From an uncultured Bacteroidota bacterium (GTDB lineage: Bacteria > Bacteroidota > Bacteroidia > Bacteroidales > WCHB1-69): 64,000 nucleotides of DNA. Numbering within the stretch: the first letter of the stretch is position 1; each line of letters starts with the position of its first letter. A program made the translations under genes and the position numbers. The stretch lies in the NCBI GenBank assembly GCA_902797625.1, contig CADBTU010000016.1:630-64629 (forward strand). The letters are read 5' to 3'. The notes below the pieces were generated by a model. The model made no database searches. It worked only from the letters and a program-made list of their open reading frames with translations, and had not been told where the DNA came from. Positions 1 through 9,531 of this stretch are shown here, piece by piece.

Positions 1-41
1 TCATGATCTTGAGAATACTTCAAATTTTCAGGAATATTCAT
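1..41 (-). CDS. gcvH: Glycine cleavage system H protein, N-terminal 13 codons only (gene runs off window start)
   Basis: Minus-strand ATG at 41..39 translates MNIPENLKYSQDH(E), matching the conserved GcvH N-terminus (..P..LKY(S/T)..HEW). Only 13 codons are visible. Confidence 0.5.
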   Translation of the reverse strand, partial: MNIPENLKYSQDH

Positions 42-67
42 ATTTTTAATTTTAATAGTGATTATTG

Positions 68-625
68 TTATACTGTCATAATTTCTTTTTCTTTAGCTTC
101 CATGATTTTGTCAACCTTGCTGATTGCTTCATCGGTAGCTTTCTGAATATCGGCTTCTAATTTTTTTATAGCATCTTCTTCTACGCCATCATCTTTTAAT
201 TTTTTAGCGTCATCGTTAGCAGAGCGGCGAATATTGCGAATAGCCACTTTTGTTTGTTCAGCATCTTGTTTAGCCTTCTTTACGAGTTCTTTTCTACGTT
301 CTTCAGTAGGAGCTGGGATAACAAGGCGTATAAATTCGCCATTATTTTGAGGGGTAACGCCTAAATTAGCGGCTAATATTGCTTTCTCAATAATAGGTAG
401 CATATTGCGTTCCCAAGGTTGAATTACAATTTGATGTGCATCTGGAGTGTTGATATTCGCTACTTGGTCAATAGGAGTTGGATTTCCATAATAGTCAACT
501 TTAAGACCATCTAACATTTGGGGTGAAGCTTTACCAGCGCGAACCTTTTGTAACTCTTTGTCAAAATGCGCTACAGTCGCATTCATACTCTCTTTTGCTT
601 GTTTTAAGCAGTTTTGTGTATCCAT
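68..625 (-). CDS. frr: Ribosome recycling factor
   Basis: 185 aa, full-length family-typical sequence (RAGKASPQMLD..VDYYG..TP..Q.A..N.PDA..I.I.PW; C-terminal coiled KK/EE region). Lies near pyrH. Confidence 0.95.
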   Translation of the reverse strand: MDTQNCLKQAKESMNATVAHFDKELQKVRAGKASPQMLDGLKVDYYGNPTPIDQVANINTPDAHQIVIQPWERNMLPIIEKAILAANLGVTPQNNGEFIRLVIPAPTEERRKELVKKAKQDAEQTKVAIRNIRRSANDDAKKLKDDGVEEDAIKKLEADIQKATDEAISKVDKIMEAKEKEIMTV

Positions 626-640
626 TTTTATGATTTTAAT

Positions 641-1036
641 CTAATTAATACTATTTTTATTATTTTCGGGAATTGAATCCGTTATATTGTCTTGCAGTTC
701 TTTTTTTAGGTTTTCAATATCATTCATTTGTTGCAAAAGTTGTTGTTTCAATGATGAAAGTTCTTTTTCTTTTAGGTTTTTGGTCCAATTATATGCAATA
801 AGATAGTGAATTATCAAACCTAAAAGCCAAACAATCAAAACGAAAAGTATAGCAGTGAGAAAAGTTTGGTCATCTTTGCCTTTGAAAAGAAATAGCCAAA
901 CAACCCATAAAAAAGCATTGGTTAACAAGAAGATTGTTAAGTGCATTTTGAAAGATGTTCTGCGTGCAGCAATTCTGTTGAGCTTAGCTTCTTCTTCAGG
1001 GATAAGGTTAGGATTATTTATGATGCTGTCTGCCAT
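641..1036 (-). CDS. 2TM-domain small membrane protein with C-terminal coiled-coil
   Basis: Two adjacent hydrophobic helices (HLTIFLLTNAFLWVVWLFLF, FLTAILFVLIVWLLGLIIHYLI) followed by a heptad-like tail, like Bacteroidota 2TM (PF13239-like) proteins. Start moved to MADSII (1036) because the track start at 1066 overlaps the pyrH 3' end. Confidence 0.55.
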   Translation of the reverse strand: MADSIINNPNLIPEEEAKLNRIAARRTSFKMHLTIFLLTNAFLWVVWLFLFKGKDDQTFLTAILFVLIVWLLGLIIHYLIAYNWTKNLKEKELSSLKQQLLQQMNDIENLKKELQDNITDSIPENNKNSIN

Positions 1037-1046
1037 AATTTTAGGT

Positions 1047-1751
1047 TTAATATAAAAGAGTACCAATCTTTTCTCCAGAGAGAACTTTCAGAAGATTTCC
1101 TTTAGTATTAGCGTCATAAACATATATAGACATCTTATTATCTTGGCAGAGTGCGAAAGCAGTCATATCCATGATTTTAAGATTTTTTTGATATGCGTCT
1201 GCGAGGGATATTTCGGAGAATTTAGCAGCTGTTGGATTTTTTTCAGGGTCAGCGGAATAAACACCATCAACGCGAGTGCCCTTTATTAGTAGGTCAGCTT
1301 TAATTTCTAAGGCGCGAAGGGCAGCACCAGTGTCGGTTGTAAAGAAAGGGTTGCCAGTTCCTCCACCTATGAAAACCACATAGCCATTTTCTAAGTATTC
1401 TATAGCTTTTCGCCACGACGTTTTTTCGCTGACGCCTTCAATATCAACGGCAGAGAGAACTTTAGCTTTTACGTTCATACTCTCTAAAACTCCTTGCACA
1501 GCAAGAGCATTGATAATAGTTGCCAACATACCCATTTGGTCGCCTTGACGTCTTTCGAAGCCTGAAGATGCGCCTTGCACCCCACGGAAGATATTGCCAC
1601 CGCCTATAACAACAGCAACTTGTACGCCAGCATCAACAGCATCTTTTATTTCGTTAGCGTAATGCAGAATATGATCGTAGCTTACGCCATAGCCATCGTC
1701 GCCAGTTAGCGATTCACCGCTGAGTTTTAATAGTATTCTGCGATATTTCAT
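1047..1751 (-). CDS. pyrH: UMP kinase
   Basis: 234 aa. Has KLSGE, GGGNIFRG and TTDTGAALRA motifs typical of the PyrH amino-acid-kinase fold. Confidence 0.95.
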   Translation of the reverse strand: MKYRRILLKLSGESLTGDDGYGVSYDHILHYANEIKDAVDAGVQVAVVIGGGNIFRGVQGASSGFERRQGDQMGMLATIINALAVQGVLESMNVKAKVLSAVDIEGVSEKTSWRKAIEYLENGYVVFIGGGTGNPFFTTDTGAALRALEIKADLLIKGTRVDGVYSADPEKNPTAAKFSEISLADAYQKNLKIMDMTAFALCQDNKMSIYVYDANTKGNLLKVLSGEKIGTLLY

Positions 1752-1768
1752 ATTACAAATTTAGGTTG

Positions 1769-1776
1769 CAAAGATA
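1769..1776 (-). promoter_or_regulatory. Bacteroides-type -7 promoter box (TATCTTTG) for pyrH
   Basis: Exact match to TAnnTTTG on the minus strand, 18 nt upstream of the pyrH ATG. Confidence 0.5.
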
Positions 1777-2021
1777 TAAAAAAACCAAATTATTCCTTAT
1801 TAGTCTTGTAAAAAAGATATTATTAGATAGGTGAATATTTTCGAATTTTGGTTTACTGATACACACAAACATATTAAAATATTCCCAAAAAAGATACTAA
1901 TGTTGCATGTACATAATTGTTTTGTCTGATTAAAAATGCTGATTCTTGTGCTTGCAACTATAGCTTTTGCAGAATTTATAAGTCATATTTTTACAAAATA
2001 GATTGTCTAATAATAAAGAAG

Positions 2022-2041
2022 TAACCGAAATCAATCGGTTA
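2022..2041 (-). terminator. Hairpin (TAACCGA-N6-TCGGTTA) downstream of the small ORF 2070..2276
   Basis: 7-bp perfect stem, 6-nt loop. On the minus strand it is followed by CTTCTTTATTATT. The T-tract is weak. Confidence 0.3.
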
Positions 2042-2069
2042 TTTAAGAATTTAGTGGATTTAGAACAAT

Positions 2070-2276
2070 TTAATCTACTTGCTTGCATTTAACATCTTGG
2101 GTCATTGTTAAGTGATCTCCAAGCGCACCTGTTGACGAGGCATTTATATCTTCACATTTGCCCTTTTCAATTATTTGAGTAAATTGGGAAAAAGTAGAAC
2201 TTGTTTCACCAAACTCAAGCTCAGTCATTGTTTGTACTGCGGTGCAATCACAAGTTTTTGTCTTGGAGCATCCCAA
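2070..2276 (-). CDS. Hypothetical small protein (68 aa, 5 Cys); coding status uncertain
   Basis: Only ORF of 60 aa or more lying wholly inside the 618-bp pyrH/pyrC divergent gap. A hairpin lies about 30 nt downstream. No family recognised by eye. Confidence 0.3.
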   Translation of the reverse strand: MGCSKTKTCDCTAVQTMTELEFGETSSTFSQFTQIIEKGKCEDINASSTGALGDHLTMTQDVKCKQVD

Positions 2277-2335
2277 TTTTACACCATATTGTTAGATATT
2301 TCAAAAAATATTACGTAGTTTATTGTAATATTAAC

Positions 2336-2343
2336 TATTTTTG
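2336..2343 (+). promoter_or_regulatory. -7 promoter box (TATTTTTG) for pyrC
   Basis: Exact TAnnTTTG 27 nt upstream of the ATG at 2370. Confidence 0.5.
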
Positions 2344-2369
2344 CTCTCCGAAAGAAATCGTATTTTCGT

Positions 2370-3722
2370 ATGAGATATTATATTAAGGGTGCAAATATTG
2401 TTAACGAGGGAAATTGTTTTTTTGGAAATATTCTAATCGTTGATGGTTTTATTAAAAAAATATACCAAAAAGATAGAGAATATGAATTTAATGATGCTAT
2501 AATAATAGATGCAAAAGGAAAATATTTATTACCTGGAATCATTGATGAGCATGTTCATTTTCGTGAACCAGGAATGACAGAAAAAGCTGATATTCTTTCT
2601 GAAAGTCGAGCGGCTATTGCAGGTGGTGTTACATCTTTTATGGATATGCCTAATACTATTCCTCAAACAACTTCTAAGGAGTTGATTGTTCAGAAAAATG
2701 ATATTGCAGCAGAAAACTCACTTGCTAACTACTCTTTTTATATAGGAGCCACTAACGATAATATTTCAGAGATAGAGTCCATAAATCCTTCCGATATATG
2801 TGGTATAAAGTTATTTATGGGCTCAAGCACTGGTAATATGTTGGTGAATGACAATATTGTTCTTGAGCGTCTTTTCAGAAATGCACCTTGTATAATAGCT
2901 GCTCATTGCGAAGATGAAGAGATTATTAATCATAACACTCAAAAATACAAGGATTTAGTATTAAATGGTGTGTGTGTTCCCGACGCCACATTACATTCCA
3001 AAATTCGTACCACAGAAGCTTGTTATAAATCTTCTGCAAAAGCTGTAGAATTAGCAGTAAAAACAGGAGCAAAGTTGCATATTATGCACATTTCTACCGC
3101 AAAAGAATTATCGCTTTTTAGTAATAATTTACCTTTAAAGGAGAAACGTATAACGGCGGAGACTTGTCCGCATTATCTTATATTTTGTAACGAAGATTAC
3201 AAAAATTTAGGTTTTGAAATAAAATGTAATCCTGCCATTAAAACCTCTGCAGATCGTGCAGCTTTATTAAATGCTTTAAACACAGGAATAATAGATACAA
3301 TAGGTACAGATCATGCCCCACACCTTAATGGTGAAAAATTTACTAACGATTATTTTAGGTCTAAATCAGGTTTCCCATCTATTCAAAATGCTCTCAATAT
3401 AATGCTTAATTTTGAGAAAAAAGGTGTTGTATCTTTACCTAAAATAGTAGAACTTATGAGCCACAATCCTGCCATCTTATATCAAATTGATAGGAGAGGT
3501 TTTATAAGGGAAAATTACCATGCTGACGTTATTTTGGTTGACATAAATACAGACAGTACAATCAATAATGATGATATTCTATACAAATGTGGCTGGACTC
3601 CTTATTCAGGAACAGCAATACATTCAAAAATCACACACACATTTGTTAATGGAAACCTCGTTTTTGAGAATGGTAGAATAAACGAAAATTTTAGAGGCGA
3701 GAAGTTACAATTTTGCAGATAG
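2370..3722 (+). CDS. pyrC: Dihydroorotase (amidohydrolase superfamily, long type)
   Basis: 450 aa. Has DEHVHFREPG (HxH metal site), a later MHIS segment, and GTDHAPH near the C-terminal third. Confidence 0.9.
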   Translation: MRYYIKGANIVNEGNCFFGNILIVDGFIKKIYQKDREYEFNDAIIIDAKGKYLLPGIIDEHVHFREPGMTEKADILSESRAAIAGGVTSFMDMPNTIPQTTSKELIVQKNDIAAENSLANYSFYIGATNDNISEIESINPSDICGIKLFMGSSTGNMLVNDNIVLERLFRNAPCIIAAHCEDEEIINHNTQKYKDLVLNGVCVPDATLHSKIRTTEACYKSSAKAVELAVKTGAKLHIMHISTAKELSLFSNNLPLKEKRITAETCPHYLIFCNEDYKNLGFEIKCNPAIKTSADRAALLNALNTGIIDTIGTDHAPHLNGEKFTNDYFRSKSGFPSIQNALNIMLNFEKKGVVSLPKIVELMSHNPAILYQIDRRGFIRENYHADVILVDINTDSTINNDDILYKCGWTPYSGTAIHSKITHTFVNGNLVFENGRINENFRGEKLQFCR

Positions 3723-3817
3723 AAACATGTTTTGCTCCCGCTCTGTCTCACAATGTCGGCCTGCCCGATGCACGATTCGCCGCAAAACTCTCCGCTCTTT
3801 TGAAATTTTACCAGACA

Positions 3818-5356
3818 CTAACAATTCTTATTATCGTTTTTTATTCTTAACGTTTTTTCTATCAATCTGTTAACATCTAATGATATATTCCATTTGTAAG
3901 TTATAGTTAAAGCTATTGCAGCCAATAAGAGAGATTTCACAAAGGCATCTATGATGTTCACATACAAACCATTCAAAGGTAAATTTGAAAGATTTTGAGA
4001 AACAAGGTGAGCCCAAGTATAATTGGAGACTAAAAGAATTATTATCAATGCAATAATTTTTAATTGTGCTTTTGAAAATATTTGAATATTCAGTTTAAAC
4101 TTTACAACAAACAATAATGAGACATAGAAAAATATGTACGATATAAGATTTGATAGAGCCGCACCGTTAATTCCAAAATTAGGTATTAATACAAGATTTA
4201 GAACAATTGCCAAGGTTGTTAATAGAATAGTAAAAAATAACGACCAATAGTAATGTTTTGAATAATTTAAGATACTTGAACTTACAAATAAAGTAGAATT
4301 AATGAAATTAGAAATACCAAGAATAAGCACAACGCTTTTACCTACTTCATAATTAGCACCATTTGGCAAAATCTGAAATAAAACATCAATATTAATCCAA
4401 ATGAAAATAAAAATTAAAGCACTTGAGAGCATTAAATGCAGAGATACAGATTTACAAATATTTTCAGCACGTTGGAAATCACCATTTTTAATTGATTCGG
4501 AAATATTGGGCTGAACTATTGCATTTAATGAGCGATTAGGAATATTAACTACTGTTGCTACGTAATTAGCTATAGTGTAAATACCAGTGAAAGAAAGTCC
4601 CATCCCTGCACTCACAAAAAATGTATTTAACAAGGGCATAACAGAGACTGTAATGGCATTCAAGAATAAGAATATCGTATAAAAAAGAATGTCTTTCAAT
4701 AAAGGCTTTGTTAATATTGAGAAATCAGGTTTTAAGGATATTTTATCAAGATAAAACAGATAGAAAAAATCGACCAGAGCAGCCAAAAAATAGATAGCAC
4801 AGAATAAGATTATTAAACCATTTAGATCAATTAAATGAAAATATCCATACAATAGATAACCAATAAGAATGCCAAGTCGTACCCCTACTTCACGCACAAA
4901 TTTAGGCACCACTATTCGCATTAAAACATTCGCATTTGCCTCAAAAACAAGTTGATAAAGCATAAAAAGCGAAAGAGGGAAAACATACTTATAGTATTGT
5001 ACAAATAGGCTCGAATTTTTTGAAAAAGTTGTAACAATAACCCCGTGAAATATTTTTTCTACTAAACAAAAGATAAAGAAACCTACAATAGGTATTACAA
5101 GAGTCCAGAAGAAAAAACCATGGTGGTTAGATTTTTCATCTTTAAAAAATGGGAAAAACCGAATAATAGATGAGCTTGTTCCAAGTTGGGCAAAGCTTGA
5201 AAAGAGGATAGCTGTATCAATAAGCACTCGTGTCAAGCCTACCTCTTCTTGTGTAAGATATGCTGTTATAATAAAGAAAGTTGTTAAGAATCCTATAGCA
5301 ACTCCAAGATAATTTACAATAGTACCTTTGATACTTTGTCTAATAACAAGTCCCAT
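3818..5356 (-). CDS. Oligosaccharide/polysaccharide flippase family membrane protein (Wzx/MOP-like)
   Basis: 512 aa, about 12-14 predicted TM helices. The N-terminal RQSIKGT..NYLG motif is typical of MOP flippases. Confidence 0.7.
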   Translation of the reverse strand: MGLVIRQSIKGTIVNYLGVAIGFLTTFFIITAYLTQEEVGLTRVLIDTAILFSSFAQLGTSSSIIRFFPFFKDEKSNHHGFFFWTLVIPIVGFFIFCLVEKIFHGVIVTTFSKNSSLFVQYYKYVFPLSLFMLYQLVFEANANVLMRIVVPKFVREVGVRLGILIGYLLYGYFHLIDLNGLIILFCAIYFLAALVDFFYLFYLDKISLKPDFSILTKPLLKDILFYTIFLFLNAITVSVMPLLNTFFVSAGMGLSFTGIYTIANYVATVVNIPNRSLNAIVQPNISESIKNGDFQRAENICKSVSLHLMLSSALIFIFIWINIDVLFQILPNGANYEVGKSVVLILGISNFINSTLFVSSSILNYSKHYYWSLFFTILLTTLAIVLNLVLIPNFGINGAALSNLISYIFFYVSLLFVVKFKLNIQIFSKAQLKIIALIIILLVSNYTWAHLVSQNLSNLPLNGLYVNIIDAFVKSLLLAAIALTITYKWNISLDVNRLIEKTLRIKNDNKNC

Positions 5357-5374
5357 TTTTAAACAGTTAAGTTA

Positions 5375-6091
5375 TTATTGATTTTCAATAATGATAGGTT
5401 TTATTGCATCATTCACATTGAAGCATCCGATATTAGTGCGTTTCAGTGCAGACAAATATGCACCACTTTTCAAAGTAAATCCAAAATCGCGAGCGATAGC
5501 ACGTATATAAGTTCCTTTCGAGCATTGTATTAGAAAATCTATTTCTGGAAGTTCGAAGCGTGTGATTTTAAAATCGTAGATTGTAATATTTTTAGCTTCA
5601 AGTTGAGCATTTTCACCGCGTCTTGCAATCTCGTAGGAGCGTTGTCCCTGAAACTTTACAGCGGAAAACACAGGTGGAATTTGTTCTATTTCACCAATAA
5701 AAGATTTTGCGGCACGTTCAGCATCATCAAGTGTTATATGATTATAAGGAAATACAGCGTCTATTGGTTTTTCGAGATCATAACTTGGAGTTGTAGCTCC
5801 TAAAGTGAAAGTGCCAATGTATGTTTTGTCTTGAGCTTGAATTTGGTCAACGGATTTAGTCATTTTTCCGACACAGATTATCAGAAGTCCTGTTGCTAAG
5901 GGATCTAATGTTCCAGCATGACCAACTTTCACTTTTTTGTTGGCAGCGCGCTGCACTTGTCGGCGAATTTTTCCTACAACATCAAAAGAAGTACATTTAT
6001 AGGGCTTGTCGATTAACAATAAATCACCTTCTGGATTGATATTTAAATCAGGAAAATCAAAAGTTACGTCGTGAACCATTTTTTTTAACAT
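5375..6091 (-). CDS. truB: tRNA pseudouridine(55) synthase
   Basis: Has LLIDKP..TSFDVV and GHAGTLDPLATGLL (catalytic Asp). Start taken at MLKKMVHD (6091; 6079 also possible) instead of 6130, which overlaps uppP by 46 nt. Confidence 0.9.
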   Translation of the reverse strand: MLKKMVHDVTFDFPDLNINPEGDLLLIDKPYKCTSFDVVGKIRRQVQRAANKKVKVGHAGTLDPLATGLLIICVGKMTKSVDQIQAQDKTYIGTFTLGATTPSYDLEKPIDAVFPYNHITLDDAERAAKSFIGEIEQIPPVFSAVKFQGQRSYEIARRGENAQLEAKNITIYDFKITRFELPEIDFLIQCSKGTYIRAIARDFGFTLKSGAYLSALKRTNIGCFNVNDAIKPIIIENQ

Positions 6092-6879
6092 AGTCCAGTA
6101 ATTATTGCAACCAAACCGACAATTATACAATAGACAGAAAACCAGATAAGATTAGCTTTTTTAACCACTTGAATCATAAATTTACAAGCAGCTAAGCCAG
6201 ACAAGAAAGCCGCAAAAAAACCACAAAAAAGGGATAATGCTGGTATTCCACATTGAGTAACAGAAAATTCGCCACTAATAAGATCTAAGAAAGCCTCTCC
6301 TAAGATAGGGATTATCACCATCAAAAAAGAGAATTGTGCAATTTCTTCTCTCTTAACACCTGCTAATAATCCAGTTGCAATAGTACTTCCAGAGCGCGAC
6401 AGACCTGGCAAAACTGCAATAGCTTGTGCGCAACCAATTAAGAAAGCGTTTCCAAAAGTGATACCATGTCGTTCTTTAAATTTCACAAACTGAGTCAAAG
6501 CAAGCAATAAGGCCGTAATCAATAGCATTGCACCAACTAAAATTATACTATTGTCAAAAAAAGACTCTACAGTATCTTTAAAGAAAAGTCCAACCACCAG
6601 CACTGGAATCATAGAAATAAAGATTTTACAAGCGTATTGCATCTCTTCATTCCATTTAAATTTAAAAAATCCGCTAAGAATTTGCCATATTTCTTTGCCA
6701 AAAACAGTAATAGTACTTAAAACTGTTGCAGCATGAACCATAACCTCAAAAGTTACATTTCCAGAATATGGGACTCCGAGAATTTCTTTTGCTAAAATAA
6801 GATGACCGCTACTACTAACTGGCAAAAACTCGGTCAAGCCTTGCACAAAACCCAAGATGATAGCTTCTAACCAGCTCAT
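6085..6879 (-). CDS. uppP: Undecaprenyl-diphosphate phosphatase
   Basis: 264 aa. Has QGLTEFLPVSSSGH and PGLSRSGSTI signature motifs, and is polytopic. Confidence 0.95.
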   Translation of the reverse strand: MSWLEAIILGFVQGLTEFLPVSSSGHLILAKEILGVPYSGNVTFEVMVHAATVLSTITVFGKEIWQILSGFFKFKWNEEMQYACKIFISMIPVLVVGLFFKDTVESFFDNSIILVGAMLLITALLLALTQFVKFKERHGITFGNAFLIGCAQAIAVLPGLSRSGSTIATGLLAGVKREEIAQFSFLMVIIPILGEAFLDLISGEFSVTQCGIPALSLFCGFFAAFLSGLAACKFMIQVVKKANLIWFSVYCIIVGLVAIITGLC

Positions 6880-6886
6880 TGATTAC

Positions 6887-7168
6887 TTAATTGTTATCTT
6901 TTTGGGGTACGCGAGGACGCCACATGATAGCAACAGCTTCTGTAACTAATCCTAAAAATATGAGAATAGGTGCTATTACAAGTCTGCGAGTGTTGAAGAT
7001 TTCTCCGTCAAAAACCTCGTCAGGAACTTTACCACCACTCAAACATATATAACCAATGAATAGCAGCAAAACGCCAACACCCATCAAGATATAATTTGTA
7101 ATTCGGAATAAAGGTGCACGTTCCATTTTTTTATTTTTATCTACTTGATAATCTGTTTCTGTAGCCAT
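6887..7168 (-). CDS. DUF3098-like small membrane protein
   Basis: 93 aa with two TM helices. Occupies the conserved Bacteroidota position between ftsX-like and uppP. Confidence 0.55.
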   Translation of the reverse strand: MATETDYQVDKNKKMERAPLFRITNYILMGVGVLLLFIGYICLSGGKVPDEVFDGEIFNTRRLVIAPILIFLGLVTEAVAIMWRPRVPQKDNN

Positions 7169-7185
7169 ATTTTAATTATTAAATT

Positions 7186-8070
7186 TTACAAATAAAGACG
7201 TTCGTCATTGATTCGAATATATCTATTAACAGAGATTGCAGAAATAATCATCGTGAATAGCATACCGAGAATGAGTATTGCTGAAAATATAATCACAATG
7301 TAGAGCATAGCCGAGAAATCCACAAAATCAGGGGCTACTCTATTTCCATAAAGTAAGAGAATGGCTATAAAAATAATAGCTATAATTCCTCCCCAAACAC
7401 CTTGAAGTAATCCTTTGCGAACAAAAGGTCGCCTTACAAAACTCGGTGTTGCTCCTACCAAAAGCATACTCTTAATATTGAAACGCTTAGCATATATATT
7501 AAGTCGCACGCTATTTGCCACTAACAACATAGAAATAATCATAAAAACAGTACATATAATCAGGATAATCATCTGTATTTTTCTAAAATTATTGCTAATA
7601 GATTTAACAATAAAATCAGGATAATCAACATCTTGAACTATAGGATTTTTTTTGAGTTCTTTAGAAATTTTACTCAGGGAATCAGAATTTGCGTATTCGG
7701 GTTTGACATTGATCAATATAGATGCATTAATCGGATTTTGAATTATTTCGGTAAAGTTGCTGCCCACAATTTGTTGAGCGGTGAGCGTATTTTCTTCACG
7801 AGATGATACCCGCGAGGATTCAATGAAAGGTTTTAGCTTCATAACTTTTTCGAAAGCATCAATGTCAGCTTCTTTAATATCTGAGTAGAATAAGACTTCT
7901 ATTTCAATTTTTTGCGACAAATTATGGAGATACCTCATCGAAAAGAATGCAAAGAAACATAGGGCTCCAATAAAAAACATTGTGAGAGCAATGCTAAAGA
8001 CAGAGCCAAAGGCCGAAAGCCTTAATCGAGCTTTTGTAATCCTATCTATTGAATCTGGATATTTTGTCAT
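7186..8070 (-). CDS. ftsX: FtsX-like cell-division permease
   Basis: 294 aa. One N-terminal TM helix, a periplasmic domain, then three C-terminal TM helices (FtsX topology). No ftsE is adjacent. Confidence 0.75.
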   Translation of the reverse strand: MTKYPDSIDRITKARLRLSAFGSVFSIALTMFFIGALCFFAFFSMRYLHNLSQKIEIEVLFYSDIKEADIDAFEKVMKLKPFIESSRVSSREENTLTAQQIVGSNFTEIIQNPINASILINVKPEYANSDSLSKISKELKKNPIVQDVDYPDFIVKSISNNFRKIQMIILIICTVFMIISMLLVANSVRLNIYAKRFNIKSMLLVGATPSFVRRPFVRKGLLQGVWGGIIAIIFIAILLLYGNRVAPDFVDFSAMLYIVIIFSAILILGMLFTMIISAISVNRYIRINDERLYL

Positions 8071-8085
8071 ATTGATAAACTTGGA

Positions 8086-9498
8086 TTAGTATCTGTAAGT
8101 ATCAGGTTTGAAAGGGCCTTCTACTTTTACACCGATATAATCGGCCTGTTTTTTAGTCAAAGTTGTTAATTTAACACCTATTTTTTCGAGGTGAAGGCGT
8201 GCAACCTCTTCATCTAAATATTTAGGTAAATTATAAACTCCTATTGGATATTTATTTTGCCATAGGTCAAGTTGAGCCATAACCTGATTGGTAAAAGAGT
8301 TGCTCATTACAAAAGAAGGATGCCCAGTTGCACAGCCTAAATTAACAAGACGACCTTCTGCAAGGATAAAAATAGAGTGCCCATCTGGGAAAATATATTC
8401 ATCTACTTGCGGTTTAATATTTCGCTTAGTAATATTAGTATCTGACTGTTTTTCAAAAGCTTCAACCTGAATTTCATTATCAAAATGTCCTATATTACAT
8501 ACAATAGATTGATCTTTCATTTTGTTAAGATGTTCAACAGTGATAACATCGCAATTTCCTGTGCAAGTAACATATATATTTCCTTCCTCAAGGGCTTCTT
8601 CAACAGTTTTAACTTCATAACCTTCCATAGCGGCTTGAAGAGCACAAATAGGATCTATTTCTGTAACAATCACGCGAGCACCGTAAGCACGCATAGCTTG
8701 TGCACAGCCTTTGCCAACATCGCCATAACCACAAACTACCACAACTTTTCCTGCAACCATAACATCAGTGGCGCGTTTAATTCCATCTGCCAAAGATTCA
8801 CGACAACCATATTTATTATCAAATTTTGATTTTGTAACAGAATCGTTTACATTTATTGCGGGGAATAGGAGTTCACCTTTTTCCATCATTTGATAAAGGC
8901 GATGAACGCCTGTGGTTGTCTCTTCTGAAACGCCACTAATTTCTTTAACCATTTTGTGCCAATGCTGCGGATCTTCTTTTAATACTTGTTTCAAAGTTTG
9001 AAAAATAACAGCTTGTTCATGAGATTCGGGTTCCGCATCAAGTATTGAAGGGTCGTCTTCTGCTTTATATCCAAGGTGAATAAGCAGAGTTGCATCTCCA
9101 CCATCATCAACAATTAATTGCGGACCTTTGCCATCAGGAAAAGTGAGAGCATTAACGGTGCACCACCAGTAATCTTCAAGAGTTTCGCCTTTCCAAGCGA
9201 ACACAGAAACACCATTGTCAGCTATAGCTGCAGCGGCGTGATCTTGTGTTGAAAAAATGTTGCAACTGCACCAGCGAACCTCAGCACCTAAATGTACCAA
9301 TGTCTCAATCAATACTGCTGTTTGAACGGTCATGTGAAGCGAACCAGAAATTCTTACCCCCTTCAAAGGCTTACTATTTCCATACTTTTCTCTTATAGAA
9401 AGAAGTCCTGGCATCTCTTTTTGTGATACATCAATATCTTTATGTCCCCATTCTGCGAGACTTATATCTGCGATTTTGTATTTAATATTATCTAACAT
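8086..9498 (-). CDS. ahcY: Adenosylhomocysteinase
   Basis: 470 aa. Has the [13 protein letters not shown]-terminus, [11 protein letters not shown] site and a C-terminal ..PFKPDTYRY tail. Confidence 0.95.
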   Translation of the reverse strand: MLDNIKYKIADISLAEWGHKDIDVSQKEMPGLLSIREKYGNSKPLKGVRISGSLHMTVQTAVLIETLVHLGAEVRWCSCNIFSTQDHAAAAIADNGVSVFAWKGETLEDYWWCTVNALTFPDGKGPQLIVDDGGDATLLIHLGYKAEDDPSILDAEPESHEQAVIFQTLKQVLKEDPQHWHKMVKEISGVSEETTTGVHRLYQMMEKGELLFPAINVNDSVTKSKFDNKYGCRESLADGIKRATDVMVAGKVVVVCGYGDVGKGCAQAMRAYGARVIVTEIDPICALQAAMEGYEVKTVEEALEEGNIYVTCTGNCDVITVEHLNKMKDQSIVCNIGHFDNEIQVEAFEKQSDTNITKRNIKPQVDEYIFPDGHSIFILAEGRLVNLGCATGHPSFVMSNSFTNQVMAQLDLWQNKYPIGVYNLPKYLDEEVARLHLEKIGVKLTTLTKKQADYIGVKVEGPFKPDTYRY

Positions 9499-9531
9499 TA
9501 TTGTTTATAATTTATTCTCTGTAATCATTTT

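Noticed and set aside
3727-3876. 49-aa Cys/Arg-rich plus-strand ORF (MFCSRSVSQCRPARCTIRRK...) starting in the GC-rich island
   Set aside because: Below the ORF-track threshold, overlaps the flippase 3' end, and has no start context. Reported only as part of the GC-island finding.
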